Positions 9,326 to 17,685 of a DNA stretch of 64,000 nt are shown here, in pieces (position 1 is the stretch's first letter; each line of letters begins with the position of its first letter). This DNA is from Longimicrobiales bacterium. Lineage in GTDB: Bacteria; Gemmatimonadota; Gemmatimonadetes; Longimicrobiales; Gaopeijiaceae. The stretch is from positions 38,530-102,529 of the forward strand of contig JAWLHJ010000006.1 of assembly GCA_041690395.1 (NCBI GenBank), given 5' to 3'. Made by a program: the position numbers and the translations under genes. A model generated the notes under the pieces. It worked only from the letters and a program-made list of their open reading frames with translations, was not told where the DNA came from and searched no databases.

Positions 9326-10084
9326 TCAGGACCTGGACCGCCAGTATTCTGTGAATCGGGCCCGGTCCTCCCAGAAATAGACGTCCGACTTGTAGGACAG
9401 TTGCTCGAACGTCTCATTGCTGTATCCACTCTTGGCATCGTCAACGAACGAGATAGGCACGATATCGGGATGCGCTTCCAAGACGTCATAGAAGACGTTT
9501 AGAGACCGACGCATGGACGGTTCCGAGGCAATGGCCTGGACCAGGTGGAGGTGTCCGTTTTGTAGGGCGAAGTCGATCCGGTGGGGGACCTGGCTGACTC
9601 CGACGACCTTCTTGTTCCGCTCATACGGAATTCTGCTGTCGTCGAAGAACAGGCGGACCTCTTCCCAGAAACGAACCTTCACCTCCGAAACGAAGCGCCC
9701 CGAAGTTTGAATCGACATAAGGATGGCCTCGGCGAGCCGTAGGATCACCTCGCCTAGCTGGTCCTCAGCATCCACGCCCGTCCATAGCTGCCCTCCGCCC
9801 CAGTTAAGGTCGAATCCATTCGCCGCAACCTGAACTTCCTCCCAAACTCGCTCCTCCGAATCCTCAACCCCGGTGCGGAGGGCGACCTCTCGATGAACCA
9901 GTCCGCTATCTGAGACAATCCACTGGTTGTTGTGGCGCCAAAGATCAACCTCAATCCGGTCGTTCAGGTCGTCCACCAGAGGTAAGACGATACTCCACCG
10001 ATCTCGGCCCGGTCGGACCTCCACCGACGCGCTGAAATGCCCACACAACAGCTCTGCCACATGGTGTTGGGTCAATTCAGTCAT
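9326..10084 (-). CDS. DUF1828 + DUF1829-like (C-terminal REase fold) protein
   Basis: LPLVDDLNDRIEV...IVSDSG (DUF1828); F.EEV..F...VVGVSQVPHRIDF (DUF1829-like). Confidence 0.75.
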   Translation of the reverse strand: MTELTQHHVAELLCGHFSASVEVRPGRDRWSIVLPLVDDLNDRIEVDLWRHNNQWIVSDSGLVHREVALRTGVEDSEERVWEEVQVAANGFDLNWGGGQLWTGVDAEDQLGEVILRLAEAILMSIQTSGRFVSEVKVRFWEEVRLFFDDSRIPYERNKKVVGVSQVPHRIDFALQNGHLHLVQAIASEPSMRRSLNVFYDVLEAHPDIVPISFVDDAKSGYSNETFEQLSYKSDVYFWEDRARFTEYWRSRS

Positions 10085-10563
10085 ATCAGGTCCAACATCT
10101 CCTGAAGCGGCGGTATACCCGTCACCCCACAGAGCTCCAAGAAAAAGGAAAGCGCGCCGTTGACATCGTCATGAGAATAGCGATCGGTAGCGACCGCGTA
10201 CTTCTCTCCGAAACCAGGTCGATGGTAGTGCACGTGTGGTCCCTTGACCGTGCCGCCGCCCAAGCGCCTGGGAATGCGGTGAACCCGGGAACAGCAGAGC
10301 CTCGCCAGCTGAACGTCCCGGTATTTCAAGGTCATTGAAAACTTGTCATTCGAGGTCGCAACTAGCTCGAACGTCTCACGTCCGCCGACCGCGATGAGGC
10401 GGATCCGCATGATCTTGTGGTGACTACGACTAGTATCGCCAGGAGGGCCGCCGTCCGCTCCCGGGTTCCCTAACGGCCGCCATGCGAACTCGGTGGCCCG
10501 TACGACCCTCTTCGGGAGGGCGACCAACTCGTCCACCCGTTCCGCTGTCAGTAGTTCGCGCAA
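10081..10563 (-). CDS. DUF6978-like protein
   Basis: LARL...H...GPHVHYHRPGFGEKYA...L.FFLELCGV; ATGA overlap with the DUF1828 gene; TTG start with GGAG RBS. Confidence 0.65.
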   Translation of the reverse strand: MRELLTAERVDELVALPKRVVRATEFAWRPLGNPGADGGPPGDTSRSHHKIMRIRLIAVGGRETFELVATSNDKFSMTLKYRDVQLARLCCSRVHRIPRRLGGGTVKGPHVHYHRPGFGEKYAVATDRYSHDDVNGALSFFLELCGVTGIPPLQEMLDLI

Positions 10564-11139
10564 GAATCACTCCGGCTGAGTCGCGCGGAAAGTAGGTTCG
10601 AGTCGCCGATGCGGCATCAGCTCGGCTCAACCAGGAGGTTCGGCCCTATCCAGCCTTCGATGACTCATAACTGCGTGCTTGCGACCCCATCCCTCGCAAA
10701 CCTGACGGATCTGACCAAGGTTCCCGACTCCCACCTCATACGCGCCTATGGTGCGCTTCCCCTTCCGAGGAGCCAAGCACGACTCCCTGACCTTCCCTAG
10801 GCCGAAGGCCGACCCGCTCCATCTGTGCGACCAACCTATGGGACCCACGCCGGATGCGCATTAGTACCGATTTTCGGGGTAATCACCCTTCCCCCTCCCG
10901 TACGTTGTGGATGAGTACCGGAAAGAGGGAAAAGCGGTAGCCCGGGCGTTCCAGCCCACCCGCGCGGCGACTTCCGCCGCGCCCCCACGAACACAACACG
11001 GTTGATTGAATCGCCTCGCCTCGGGGCGTGCGTCCTACACGCACGTCCCTGGGCGGCGTGCGTCCATCCGTCACGTGAGCGTGGGCTCGGCTGCGGCTGC
11101 CTCCGACCGGCATGCATCCCCATACCGGAGGACAGACCC

Positions 11140-11700
11140 ATGAAGCTGCACACCAACCCCCAGAGCGCGTTCGTAACGGTCGAGTTCGAGCCCCAGGACG
11201 TGGAGGCCTTCGCGAGCCGCTGGCCGTGCTTCAGCGGCCCCGAGAGCGTCTCATTCACCTTCCAGCGCTCCAGCGGCGACCTGGTGGACATGGAGCCGAG
11301 CGAGTTCGACGGCTCCGAGGCCCTCGCGATGTCCGAGGACGCCTGGGCCTACTACGAGGAGCACCAGGAGCCCGAGCCGCCGGCCACCTTCCGCGAGTGG
11401 CTCACCGGGACCCTGGACGCGGAGCAGATCGAGGACCTGGCCCGCCACGGTGCGGACACGGGATGGCCTGGCATCACCTACACCTCGGAGTGCGTCGAGC
11501 TGTTCGACCGCTACAGCGACGAGATCCGGGAGGCCCTGAACGAGGACGCCGAGGCGTTCGGCTATGAGAGCCCCGAGGCGTTCGTGGCCACCTTCAACCG
11601 CCGCGACATGCTCTGGAGCGAGGACGGCAGGAAGAATCTGCTCGTCTGGTACATGTCGGAAAGGGTGGCCCACGACGTGGTCGAGGGGGTGGAGCGATGA
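11140..11700 (+). CDS. Acidic phage-type protein (DUF7222-like C-half), candidate DNA mimic
   Basis: ATG 11140 with GGAGGA RBS; 41 D/E vs 13 K/R in 186 aa; DLARHG..G..GITY....LFD.Y..EI...KNLLVW..E.VA motif. Confidence 0.65.
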   Translation: MKLHTNPQSAFVTVEFEPQDVEAFASRWPCFSGPESVSFTFQRSSGDLVDMEPSEFDGSEALAMSEDAWAYYEEHQEPEPPATFREWLTGTLDAEQIEDLARHGADTGWPGITYTSECVELFDRYSDEIREALNEDAEAFGYESPEAFVATFNRRDMLWSEDGRKNLLVWYMSERVAHDVVEGVER

Positions 11701-11864
11701 GCCGCCTTGTTGAGTGGATCGGTGCGGTCCTCCTGCTCTTGTTTCACCTGTTCCTGGCCGTGGGCAGCCTGATCGTGGGCCTTGTGACCACGGTCCTGAC
11801 CATCGCGCTGATCCTCGCCCCCTTCGTATGGGTGTTCCGTGCGTGCGTGGGGGCGGGACAATGA
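11697..11864 (+). CDS. 55-aa hydrophobic membrane peptide (absent from ORF track)
   Basis: MSRLVEWIGAVLLLLFHLFLAVGSLIVGLVTTVLTIALILAPFVWVFRACVGAGQ; ATGA overlaps with both neighbours. Confidence 0.7.
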   Translation: MSRLVEWIGAVLLLLFHLFLAVGSLIVGLVTTVLTIALILAPFVWVFRACVGAGQ

Positions 11865-12433
11865 GCCGCGCGCGGAAGCTCCCGAAGGTGCTTAGCCGGG
11901 AGGAGCAAAATGACTTTCTGTCCCAGTTCAACACACGCTACCCCACCCCTCACCGGAACCTCTGCCTGGTCCGCCTCATGCTTGAGGCGGGCCTCCGGGT
12001 GGGGGAGGCGGTGGCCCTGAAGCCGGAGCACCTGGACATGAGGACGTGCCGTCTGATGGTACGGGAGGGTAAGGGGGCGAAGGATCGGGTGCTGTGGATC
12101 GCCGATGGGCTCCGGGACCTGGTGGGCGCCTGGCTGGAGCGCCGCCCCGAGTCCCCCTGGCTCTTCCCCACGCGAGACGGCGAGCGGCTGAGCACCCGCT
12201 ACATGCGCGAGATGGTGAAGCGGATGGCTCGGAAGGCGGGCGTGGCCGAAGCGGAGCGAGTCAGCCCGCACACCCTGCGGCACACGTTCGCGACCGACCT
12301 CTACGCGGAGACGACGAACCTCAGGCTCGTACAGAAGGCGCTAGGACACGAGGACGTCTCCACCACGCAGATCTACACCCACGTGCACGACGGGGAGCTG
12401 GAGGCCGTGTTGAGGGGGGCAAGGCACTGTTAA
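11861..12433 (+). CDS. Short tyrosine recombinase (Xer-like catalytic domain only)
   Basis: LPKVLS, GLRVGE, GKGAKDR, HTLRH, LGH, TQIY; 190 aa, no N-terminal core-binding domain. Confidence 0.92.
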   Translation: MSRARKLPKVLSREEQNDFLSQFNTRYPTPHRNLCLVRLMLEAGLRVGEAVALKPEHLDMRTCRLMVREGKGAKDRVLWIADGLRDLVGAWLERRPESPWLFPTRDGERLSTRYMREMVKRMARKAGVAEAERVSPHTLRHTFATDLYAETTNLRLVQKALGHEDVSTTQIYTHVHDGELEAVLRGARHC

Positions 12434-12511
12434 TTGGACGGCTTCGGACTGCGAGAAGAGGCGAGATCCGCGGTTGCGAGAGCGGCGAAAGCCATATTCT
12501 CTAAGACAAGC

Positions 12512-12538
12512 CGGACGGCGCGGACGGCCCGGACACCA
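12512..12538. repeat. 3 x 9-bp tandem repeat (CGGAC core)
   Basis: cggacggcg cggacggcc cggacacca. Confidence 0.5.
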
Positions 12539-12555
12539 TTTCCCCGGAAGAAACA

Positions 12556-13530
12556 TTGGCTCTGACCGAAGAACAGATCGCCGAAGCGACGACGCTTCTA
12601 CGCGGCGCCATCGAGCGTCCCTTCGTCATGTTGGACGAGTACCCGAGGGCGATCGGGGCATGGTTTCGTTTCATGCGGGACCACTTCCCCCTCAGCACCT
12701 TCCAGACCAGAGCGTTCGAAGCGCTCGCTCCCGGAGACCTCCCGACCACCCTTCCACTCGAATCCCTCTTACTCTCTGTCCTGGCGGACGAGGGATGGCA
12801 GGGGTGGCAGTTCGGAGGTGACGCCGACTCTCCCTTTCCGCTCGTCGAGAATCTGACCGCCAGAAGACGGGAGCTTGGCGAGGCCACTGACAGGTTCTTC
12901 GCTAGCACGGTGATTCGTAAGGAAGGGGACGGGTGGCAGATCAGGCACGCGGCGAATCTTCGCGGCCTTACAGAACCCGAAGTGATCGTGGACTGGGACG
13001 ATGACGGTCCGGTGGGTGCCCACACGGTCTACGAAGAGATCGGAAGGGAGTTGGTGGCCCTGATCGAACATCGTGAAGGGCAGCGACCCGGCACCGATCA
13101 GCGGGAGGCAGCCCAACAAGACATCAAGGACTTCCTAGCACGCATATCCGCCCGGGTTGGACGAGGGCGGCCGCCCAGGGTCACGACTGACGAGGTGCTT
13201 CGGGTCTTGTACGAGGAGACCACCGACTTCCTGACGGTCCTGTGGGCCATCGACCAGACTCCCCCGCTCGGTGACGACGTCGTCGAGTTGCTCACCGCGC
13301 TCGGAGCGATGGAGGACCACGAGGGATGGGCTGTACGACTCGCGGTTCCGGGGCTCTCATCCCGCGAGCTTCGATGGGTGTCCGCGTCCCGAGGGCAGCG
13401 TTGGTTCACGCCGCGACGTCTGTCGATTCTCGTCCTGGCTCACCGTCTTGGACTAGAGCCTCCGCATGTCGCCCGTCGGCTCGTCGGCGCGGACGAAGAG
13501 CAGGAGTTTCTCGGCCGCGCCCACCTCTAG
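12556..13530 (+). CDS. Hypothetical protein (324 aa)
   Basis: Long ORF with protein-like composition between recombinase and ATPase; no motif recognised. Confidence 0.6.
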   Translation: MALTEEQIAEATTLLRGAIERPFVMLDEYPRAIGAWFRFMRDHFPLSTFQTRAFEALAPGDLPTTLPLESLLLSVLADEGWQGWQFGGDADSPFPLVENLTARRRELGEATDRFFASTVIRKEGDGWQIRHAANLRGLTEPEVIVDWDDDGPVGAHTVYEEIGRELVALIEHREGQRPGTDQREAAQQDIKDFLARISARVGRGRPPRVTTDEVLRVLYEETTDFLTVLWAIDQTPPLGDDVVELLTALGAMEDHEGWAVRLAVPGLSSRELRWVSASRGQRWFTPRRLSILVLAHRLGLEPPHVARRLVGADEEQEFLGRAHL

Positions 13531-13660
13531 AAATAGTAGACAGGGGGCAGTAAATCGCCGATTTCCTGACCTCTTTTCTGGCGTCCTCACTGGGCACCTT
13601 CCATGTGCGTACCAACGCCCACACCGGGCTCGGACGTTCATCGAACATGGAGGGCACAGC

Positions 13661-15115
13661 ATGCCCAGCTGCAATATCAACCACACCGACACCCTCATCG
13701 AGATCGGTCGCGAGGCCGACCTCTGGCATACACCGGACCACCGAGCGTTCGCGACCCTCGAAGTCGGAGGAGTACGGCAGAACCTGGAGGTAGAGGGGAA
13801 GCAGTTCCACCAACGCCTCGCCCGGGCGTTCTACGAAAGGGAGGGCACGGCAGCATCCTCCGACGCTCTGAAGCGAGCGATAGAGGTGCTCAGCGCGGAT
13901 GCCGTGTTCCAGGGCTCCCAACATGAGGTCCACGTCCGGGTGGGGGGGCAGGACGGGAAGGTCTACATCGACCTCGGAGACCCCGAATGGCGAGCCGTCG
14001 AGATCAAGAGCGACGGCTGGAAGGTCATCAAGAACCCACCCGTGCGGTTCTGTCGCTCCCCGGGGATGCGTCCGTTTCCGGAGCCACAACACGGCGGCGA
14101 TCTCAACGAACTCCGACCCTTCGTCAACGTCCGCGGAGAGGACGACTTCATCCTCACGGTTGCGTGGCTCCTCGGTGCGCTACGCACGTCCGGACCATAC
14201 CCCGTGGCACTCATCCAGGGGGAGCAGGGATCAGCCAAGAGCACACTTACAAAGGTGCTCCGAGCCTTGACCGATCCGGCCACCCCAACGCACGGCACGA
14301 CCCCGAGAAGCGAGCGGGACCTGGCGATCTCGGCCCACAACTCGTGGGTCCAGGCATTTGATAACCTCTCCGGAGTCAGCGACTGGCTGTCCGACGCGTT
14401 CTGCCGGCTGGCCACGGGCGGGGGCTTCAGAACCAGGAAGCTCTACTCAGACACTGATGAAACCATCCTCCAGCTCTGTAGGCCGCAGATCCTGAACGGC
14501 ATCGAAGACCTCGCGACACGGGACGACCTGCGTGACCGAGGTCTCCTCTTCGACCTCCCGGTCATTCCCAGCACCAAGCGTCAGAGAGAGAAGACGTTCT
14601 GGGCGGAATTTGACCTCGTGCGCCCACGGCTCCTCGGTGCTCTTCTCGATGCAGTCAGCCAGGCGCTTCGTGGGGAGTCGAGTGTCCACGTTGACCGCCT
14701 TCCCAGGATGGCGGACTTCGCTGCATGGATCATCGCGGCGGAGCCAGTCCTTCCTTGGGAACGTGGGGATTTCCTCCGTGCGTATGAACGCAACCGGAAG
14801 GAGGCGCTCTCGCTGGTCCTTGATCACGAGCCGCTCGCGCGGTGCATGCAGCAGTTTGCACAGCACCACAGGGAGTGGGCGGGGACCGCCACTCAGCTGC
14901 TCGAGGCTGTCCGGCGGGAGCCGGGAGGCGAACGGCTGCCCGATGGTCCAGCAGCCCTGTCCCAGACGCTGAAGAGGTTGGCCCCGGCCCTCCGGGAGGT
15001 GGGAGTTCACGTCACCTGGCATCGAGACAACACACCCGCGAGGACCCGGAAGATCGTCGTCCAGGCCGTCCATGTCGTCCATGAAGCTGAGGCGACTGAG
15101 GGGGTGACAGTCTGA
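13661..15115 (+). CDS. SF3-like ATPase/helicase replication protein of phage/satellite primase-helicase type
   Basis: Walker A GEQGSAKST, Walker B AFDN, RKLYSD, ILNGI, LPRMADF; ATG 13661 with GGAGG RBS; no primase domain visible. Confidence 0.8.
   Translation: MPSCNINHTDTLIEIGREADLWHTPDHRAFATLEVGGVRQNLEVEGKQFHQRLARAFYEREGTAASSDALKRAIEVLSADAVFQGSQHEVHVRVGGQDGKVYIDLGDPEWRAVEIKSDGWKVIKNPPVRFCRSPGMRPFPEPQHGGDLNELRPFVNVRGEDDFILTVAWLLGALRTSGPYPVALIQGEQGSAKSTLTKVLRALTDPATPTHGTTPRSERDLAISAHNSWVQAFDNLSGVSDWLSDAFCRLATGGGFRTRKLYSDTDETILQLCRPQILNGIEDLATRDDLRDRGLLFDLPVIPSTKRQREKTFWAEFDLVRPRLLGALLDAVSQALRGESSVHVDRLPRMADFAAWIIAAEPVLPWERGDFLRAYERNRKEALSLVLDHEPLARCMQQFAQHHREWAGTATQLLEAVRREPGGERLPDGPAALSQTLKRLAPALREVGVHVTWHRDNTPARTRKIVVQAVHVVHEAEATEGVTV
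15058..15084. repeat. 3 x 9-bp tandem repeat (CGTCCA core), iteron-like
   Basis: cgtccaggc cgtccatgt cgtccatga at the 3' end of the ATPase gene. Confidence 0.55.
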
Positions 15116-15330
15116 TGAGCTACTTCTACCCCAAGCCTGGCGGACTCTCCTTCGAAGAGCGGGTCTCCGCCGCGGCGAAGGACCAACGGGCCGTCATCCA
15201 GGCCCTCGGCCGAGAGCACATGACGAACATCTGCCTGCTCCACCGGGAGTGGTGCGGATGGGATCGAGGCGAAAGCTGCTCCTGCGACGTGATCACGATC
15301 ATTCACCCACCGACCCATGCTTCCCGCTGA
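15115..15330 (+). CDS. Small His/Cys (Zn-binding?) protein
   Basis: HREWC...CSC motif; coupled to both neighbours. Confidence 0.6.
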   Translation: MSYFYPKPGGLSFEERVSAAAKDQRAVIQALGREHMTNICLLHREWCGWDRGESCSCDVITIIHPPTHASR

Positions 15331-15691
15331 CCTGCCTCCGTCCTGGTTCCAGCTCGCCGAGCAGCAGGAGAAGCTCGGTGCCCCCGCGCAGGCGTGTACA
15401 CTGCGCTTCTGTGCGGGGGAGTTGGAGCGGGCTTTAGAAGACCACCGGGGAGAGACGCTCAACCTCCAACAAGCCGCCGAGGAGTCCGGCTACTCCGCCG
15501 ACCACCTGGGCAGGCTCGTGCGTGAGGGAACGATCCCCAACGCAGGACGACACGGCGCACCACGCATCGCTCGCCGCGACCTCCCGATAAAGCCGCCCTC
15601 ACCTGAGCCCCCGGTGGCGAAGCGGGAGCCACGTCGCGAGACTACGAATGAGCAGATCGTGCAGTGCATCATAGCCGAAGGAGTTGGCTGA
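15317..15691 (+). CDS. Excisionase-like HTH DNA-binding protein
   Basis: LNLQQAAEESGYSADHLGRLVREGTIPN; stop overlaps integrase start. Confidence 0.75.
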   Translation: MLPADLPPSWFQLAEQQEKLGAPAQACTLRFCAGELERALEDHRGETLNLQQAAEESGYSADHLGRLVREGTIPNAGRHGAPRIARRDLPIKPPSPEPPVAKREPRRETTNEQIVQCIIAEGVG

Positions 15692-16848
15692 TGGCACGCA
15701 CGAAGAAGAAGGACCCGCAGAGTTACTCAGCGGGCGAGAAGGGCCGGAACCGGGTGCGGGTGTTCCCCGATCCCAAGACCGGCATCCACCAGATCGAGTG
15801 GCGGGAGCACGGCAAGCGACGCACGAAGTCGCTGAAGCACCGTGACTGGGATAAGGCGAAGGCGCAGGCGGATGATTTCGCCGCCAACTACGTCGAGCCC
15901 GACCCCGAAGCGGAGGCCGAACCCGAGCCGCTCACGCTGGGCCAGCTGTTTGAGATGTACCTGGAAGAGGTGACGCCGACGAAGAGCACAGGCGTGCAGA
16001 AGTTCGACCGGGCCGCCGCGAAGAGACTACTACAATCACTCGGGTCCGAAGCTCTACCGAGCCGACTCACTCGAACAGAGTGGGACCTGTTCATCAGGCA
16101 GCGCAGCTCCGGCAAGATTACGGGGCACAAGGTCGGGCCCAGAACGGTCGCGAGGGACCTCAAGTTCCTACACGCGGTGCTGAACTGGGCGACGTTGTCC
16201 ACCGACGGTGACGGCGGGCTCCTGATGGACCGCAACCCTTTGCGTGGACTTCCGATGCCCGCGGAGAGGAACCCCAAGCGTCCCATGGTGAGTGACGCGG
16301 AGTATCAGGCACTCCTGGACGTAGCAGACGAGATCGACCCGATGCTCCGGACCCTGTTCATCGTGGCAAGTGAGACTGGCCACCGGATCGGCGCCGTTCG
16401 ACAGCTTCGGTGGTCGGACGTGGACCTGCGAGCGAAGAGCATCCGGTGGCGCGCGGAGTGTGACAAGCTCGGCCACGAGCATGTGACGCCGCTCACTGAG
16501 GCAGCCCGTAATGCCTTGGAAGCCCGCAGGAGAGACGCGCCGGGTATCGGAAACTCCTACGTGTTCGGGGCGCCCCAGGACCCGTCCAAGCCTGTTTCCA
16601 GGCATCTGGTCAGGGACTGGTGGCGCAAGGCCGAGGAGCTTGCTGGCCTGGAGCGAATCGAAGGCCGGGGGTGGCACTCGCTGCGAAGAAAGTTCGCCTC
16701 GGACCTCATGGAGATGCCGCTCAAAGTCCTGTGCCAGCTGGGTGGCTGGAACGGCACCGACACCGTCGTCGAGTGCTACCAGCACGCAGACCAGGAGCGG
16801 CTCCGGGAAGCCCTGGCGGCACGCAGAAAGGGCCGCACAGGGTCCTGA
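15691..16848 (+). CDS. Tyrosine integrase
   Basis: TGHRIGA, DK, HSLRR, GGW, ECY catalytic residues; N-terminal arm-binding region; GAAGGAG RBS. Confidence 0.93.
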   Translation: MARTKKKDPQSYSAGEKGRNRVRVFPDPKTGIHQIEWREHGKRRTKSLKHRDWDKAKAQADDFAANYVEPDPEAEAEPEPLTLGQLFEMYLEEVTPTKSTGVQKFDRAAAKRLLQSLGSEALPSRLTRTEWDLFIRQRSSGKITGHKVGPRTVARDLKFLHAVLNWATLSTDGDGGLLMDRNPLRGLPMPAERNPKRPMVSDAEYQALLDVADEIDPMLRTLFIVASETGHRIGAVRQLRWSDVDLRAKSIRWRAECDKLGHEHVTPLTEAARNALEARRRDAPGIGNSYVFGAPQDPSKPVSRHLVRDWWRKAEELAGLERIEGRGWHSLRRKFASDLMEMPLKVLCQLGGWNGTDTVVECYQHADQERLREALAARRKGRTGS

Positions 16849-16871
16849 ACAGCGGGAATGAACAGCGGGAA
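16846..16871. repeat. 13-bp tandem direct repeat, probable integrase arm-type sites
   Basis: TGAACAGCGGGAA x2 between integrase stop and tRNA. Confidence 0.6.
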
Positions 16872-16895
16872 TCACTGCCACCCCGAACGCACGAA

Positions 16896-16927
16896 GCCCC
16901 GCCCAAGGTCGTAACCTCAAGCGGGGC
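16896..16927 (-). terminator. Hairpin downstream of tRNA-Arg
   Basis: GCCCCGC...GCGGGGC inverted repeat. Confidence 0.45.
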
Positions 16928-16941
16928 CATGCTTTACTGAA

Positions 16942-17015
16942 TGCGCCCGGCTGGATTCGAACCAGCGACCTCATGCTCCGGAGGCATGCGCTCTATCCAA
17001 CTGAGCTACGGGCGC
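16942..17015 (-). tRNA. tRNA-Arg(CCG)
   Basis: GCGCCCGTAGCTCAGTTGGATAGAGC...CATGC-CT-CCG-GA-GCATG...GGTTCGAATCC cloverleaf. Confidence 0.97.
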
Positions 17016-17139
17016 GGCGCTGTGAAGAGGGGTAAGGTAACGTCGGGGGGACTTGGGCTCCACCACCCGGGCGGCTGTCATATACGTGGGCCCGAGACGA
17101 CACTCATTCCCGAAGCGCAGGACCTCCGACCACGTCCGC

Positions 17140-17685
17140 ATGGCACAGCCACCAACCGACAGCGATGATCTGGAGGCTCGGCTCGCCGGCCTGCACGTGG
17201 CCAGCTTCGGCTGGGCGTGTTCCTGCTGTGCATGGAACGAAGCGGATGCGGAGGATGTCTTGCAGGACGTGTATCTGAAGGTGATCTCGGGAAAGGCGTC
17301 GTTCGATGGACGCTCGGGCTTTCGGACCTGGCTCTTCGGGGTGATCCGGTACACGGCGCTGGAGCGTCGGAGGCGAGTCCGGTCCTTGGATGCCTTCCGG
17401 GAGCGGCTGGCGACCGAGGTCGCGGCCGAGGCGGAGACCGGGGTCCCGCCGGAGGACGGCACGGAGGAGGAAGATCGGGCACGGGCGCTCCGGTCGGCGT
17501 TGCGGTCGCTGGCGGCCCGGCAGCGCGAGGTCGTGCATCTGGTGTTCTACGAGGGGATGACCATCGGTGAGGCGGCAGAGGTGATGGCGATATCGATCGG
17601 GTCGGCGCGGGTGCATTACGACCGGGCCAAGAAGCGACTGAGGGCCCTGCTTCTGGAAGAAGCCATGGGTGGAGGCGCGCGATGA
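17140..17685 (+). CDS. ECF sigma-70 factor
   Basis: DAEDVLQD, FDGRSGFRTWL, region 4 QREVVHLVFYEGMTIGEAAEVM. Confidence 0.92.
   Translation: MAQPPTDSDDLEARLAGLHVASFGWACSCCAWNEADAEDVLQDVYLKVISGKASFDGRSGFRTWLFGVIRYTALERRRRVRSLDAFRERLATEVAAEAETGVPPEDGTEEEDRARALRSALRSLAARQREVVHLVFYEGMTIGEAAEVMAISIGSARVHYDRAKKRLRALLLEEAMGGGAR

Larger units (their letters stand above)
1..16941. mobile_element. Integrative element / genomic island (satellite- or IME-like) at tRNA-Arg 3' end; left end outside window
   Basis: Integrase stop lies 93 bp from the tRNA-Arg 3' end; xis-like HTH, ATPase/helicase and second recombinase upstream; defence-type cargo; visibly more A/T-rich than DNA right of the tRNA. No att duplicate seen in window. 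Confidence 0.85.

Noticed and set aside
10590..10650. GGTTCGAGTC T-loop-like sequence as a possible att/tRNA remnant
   Set aside because: Flanks do not pair and do not match the tRNA-Arg 3' end.
16941..17168. 75-aa ORF
   Set aside because: Antisense to tRNA-Arg.
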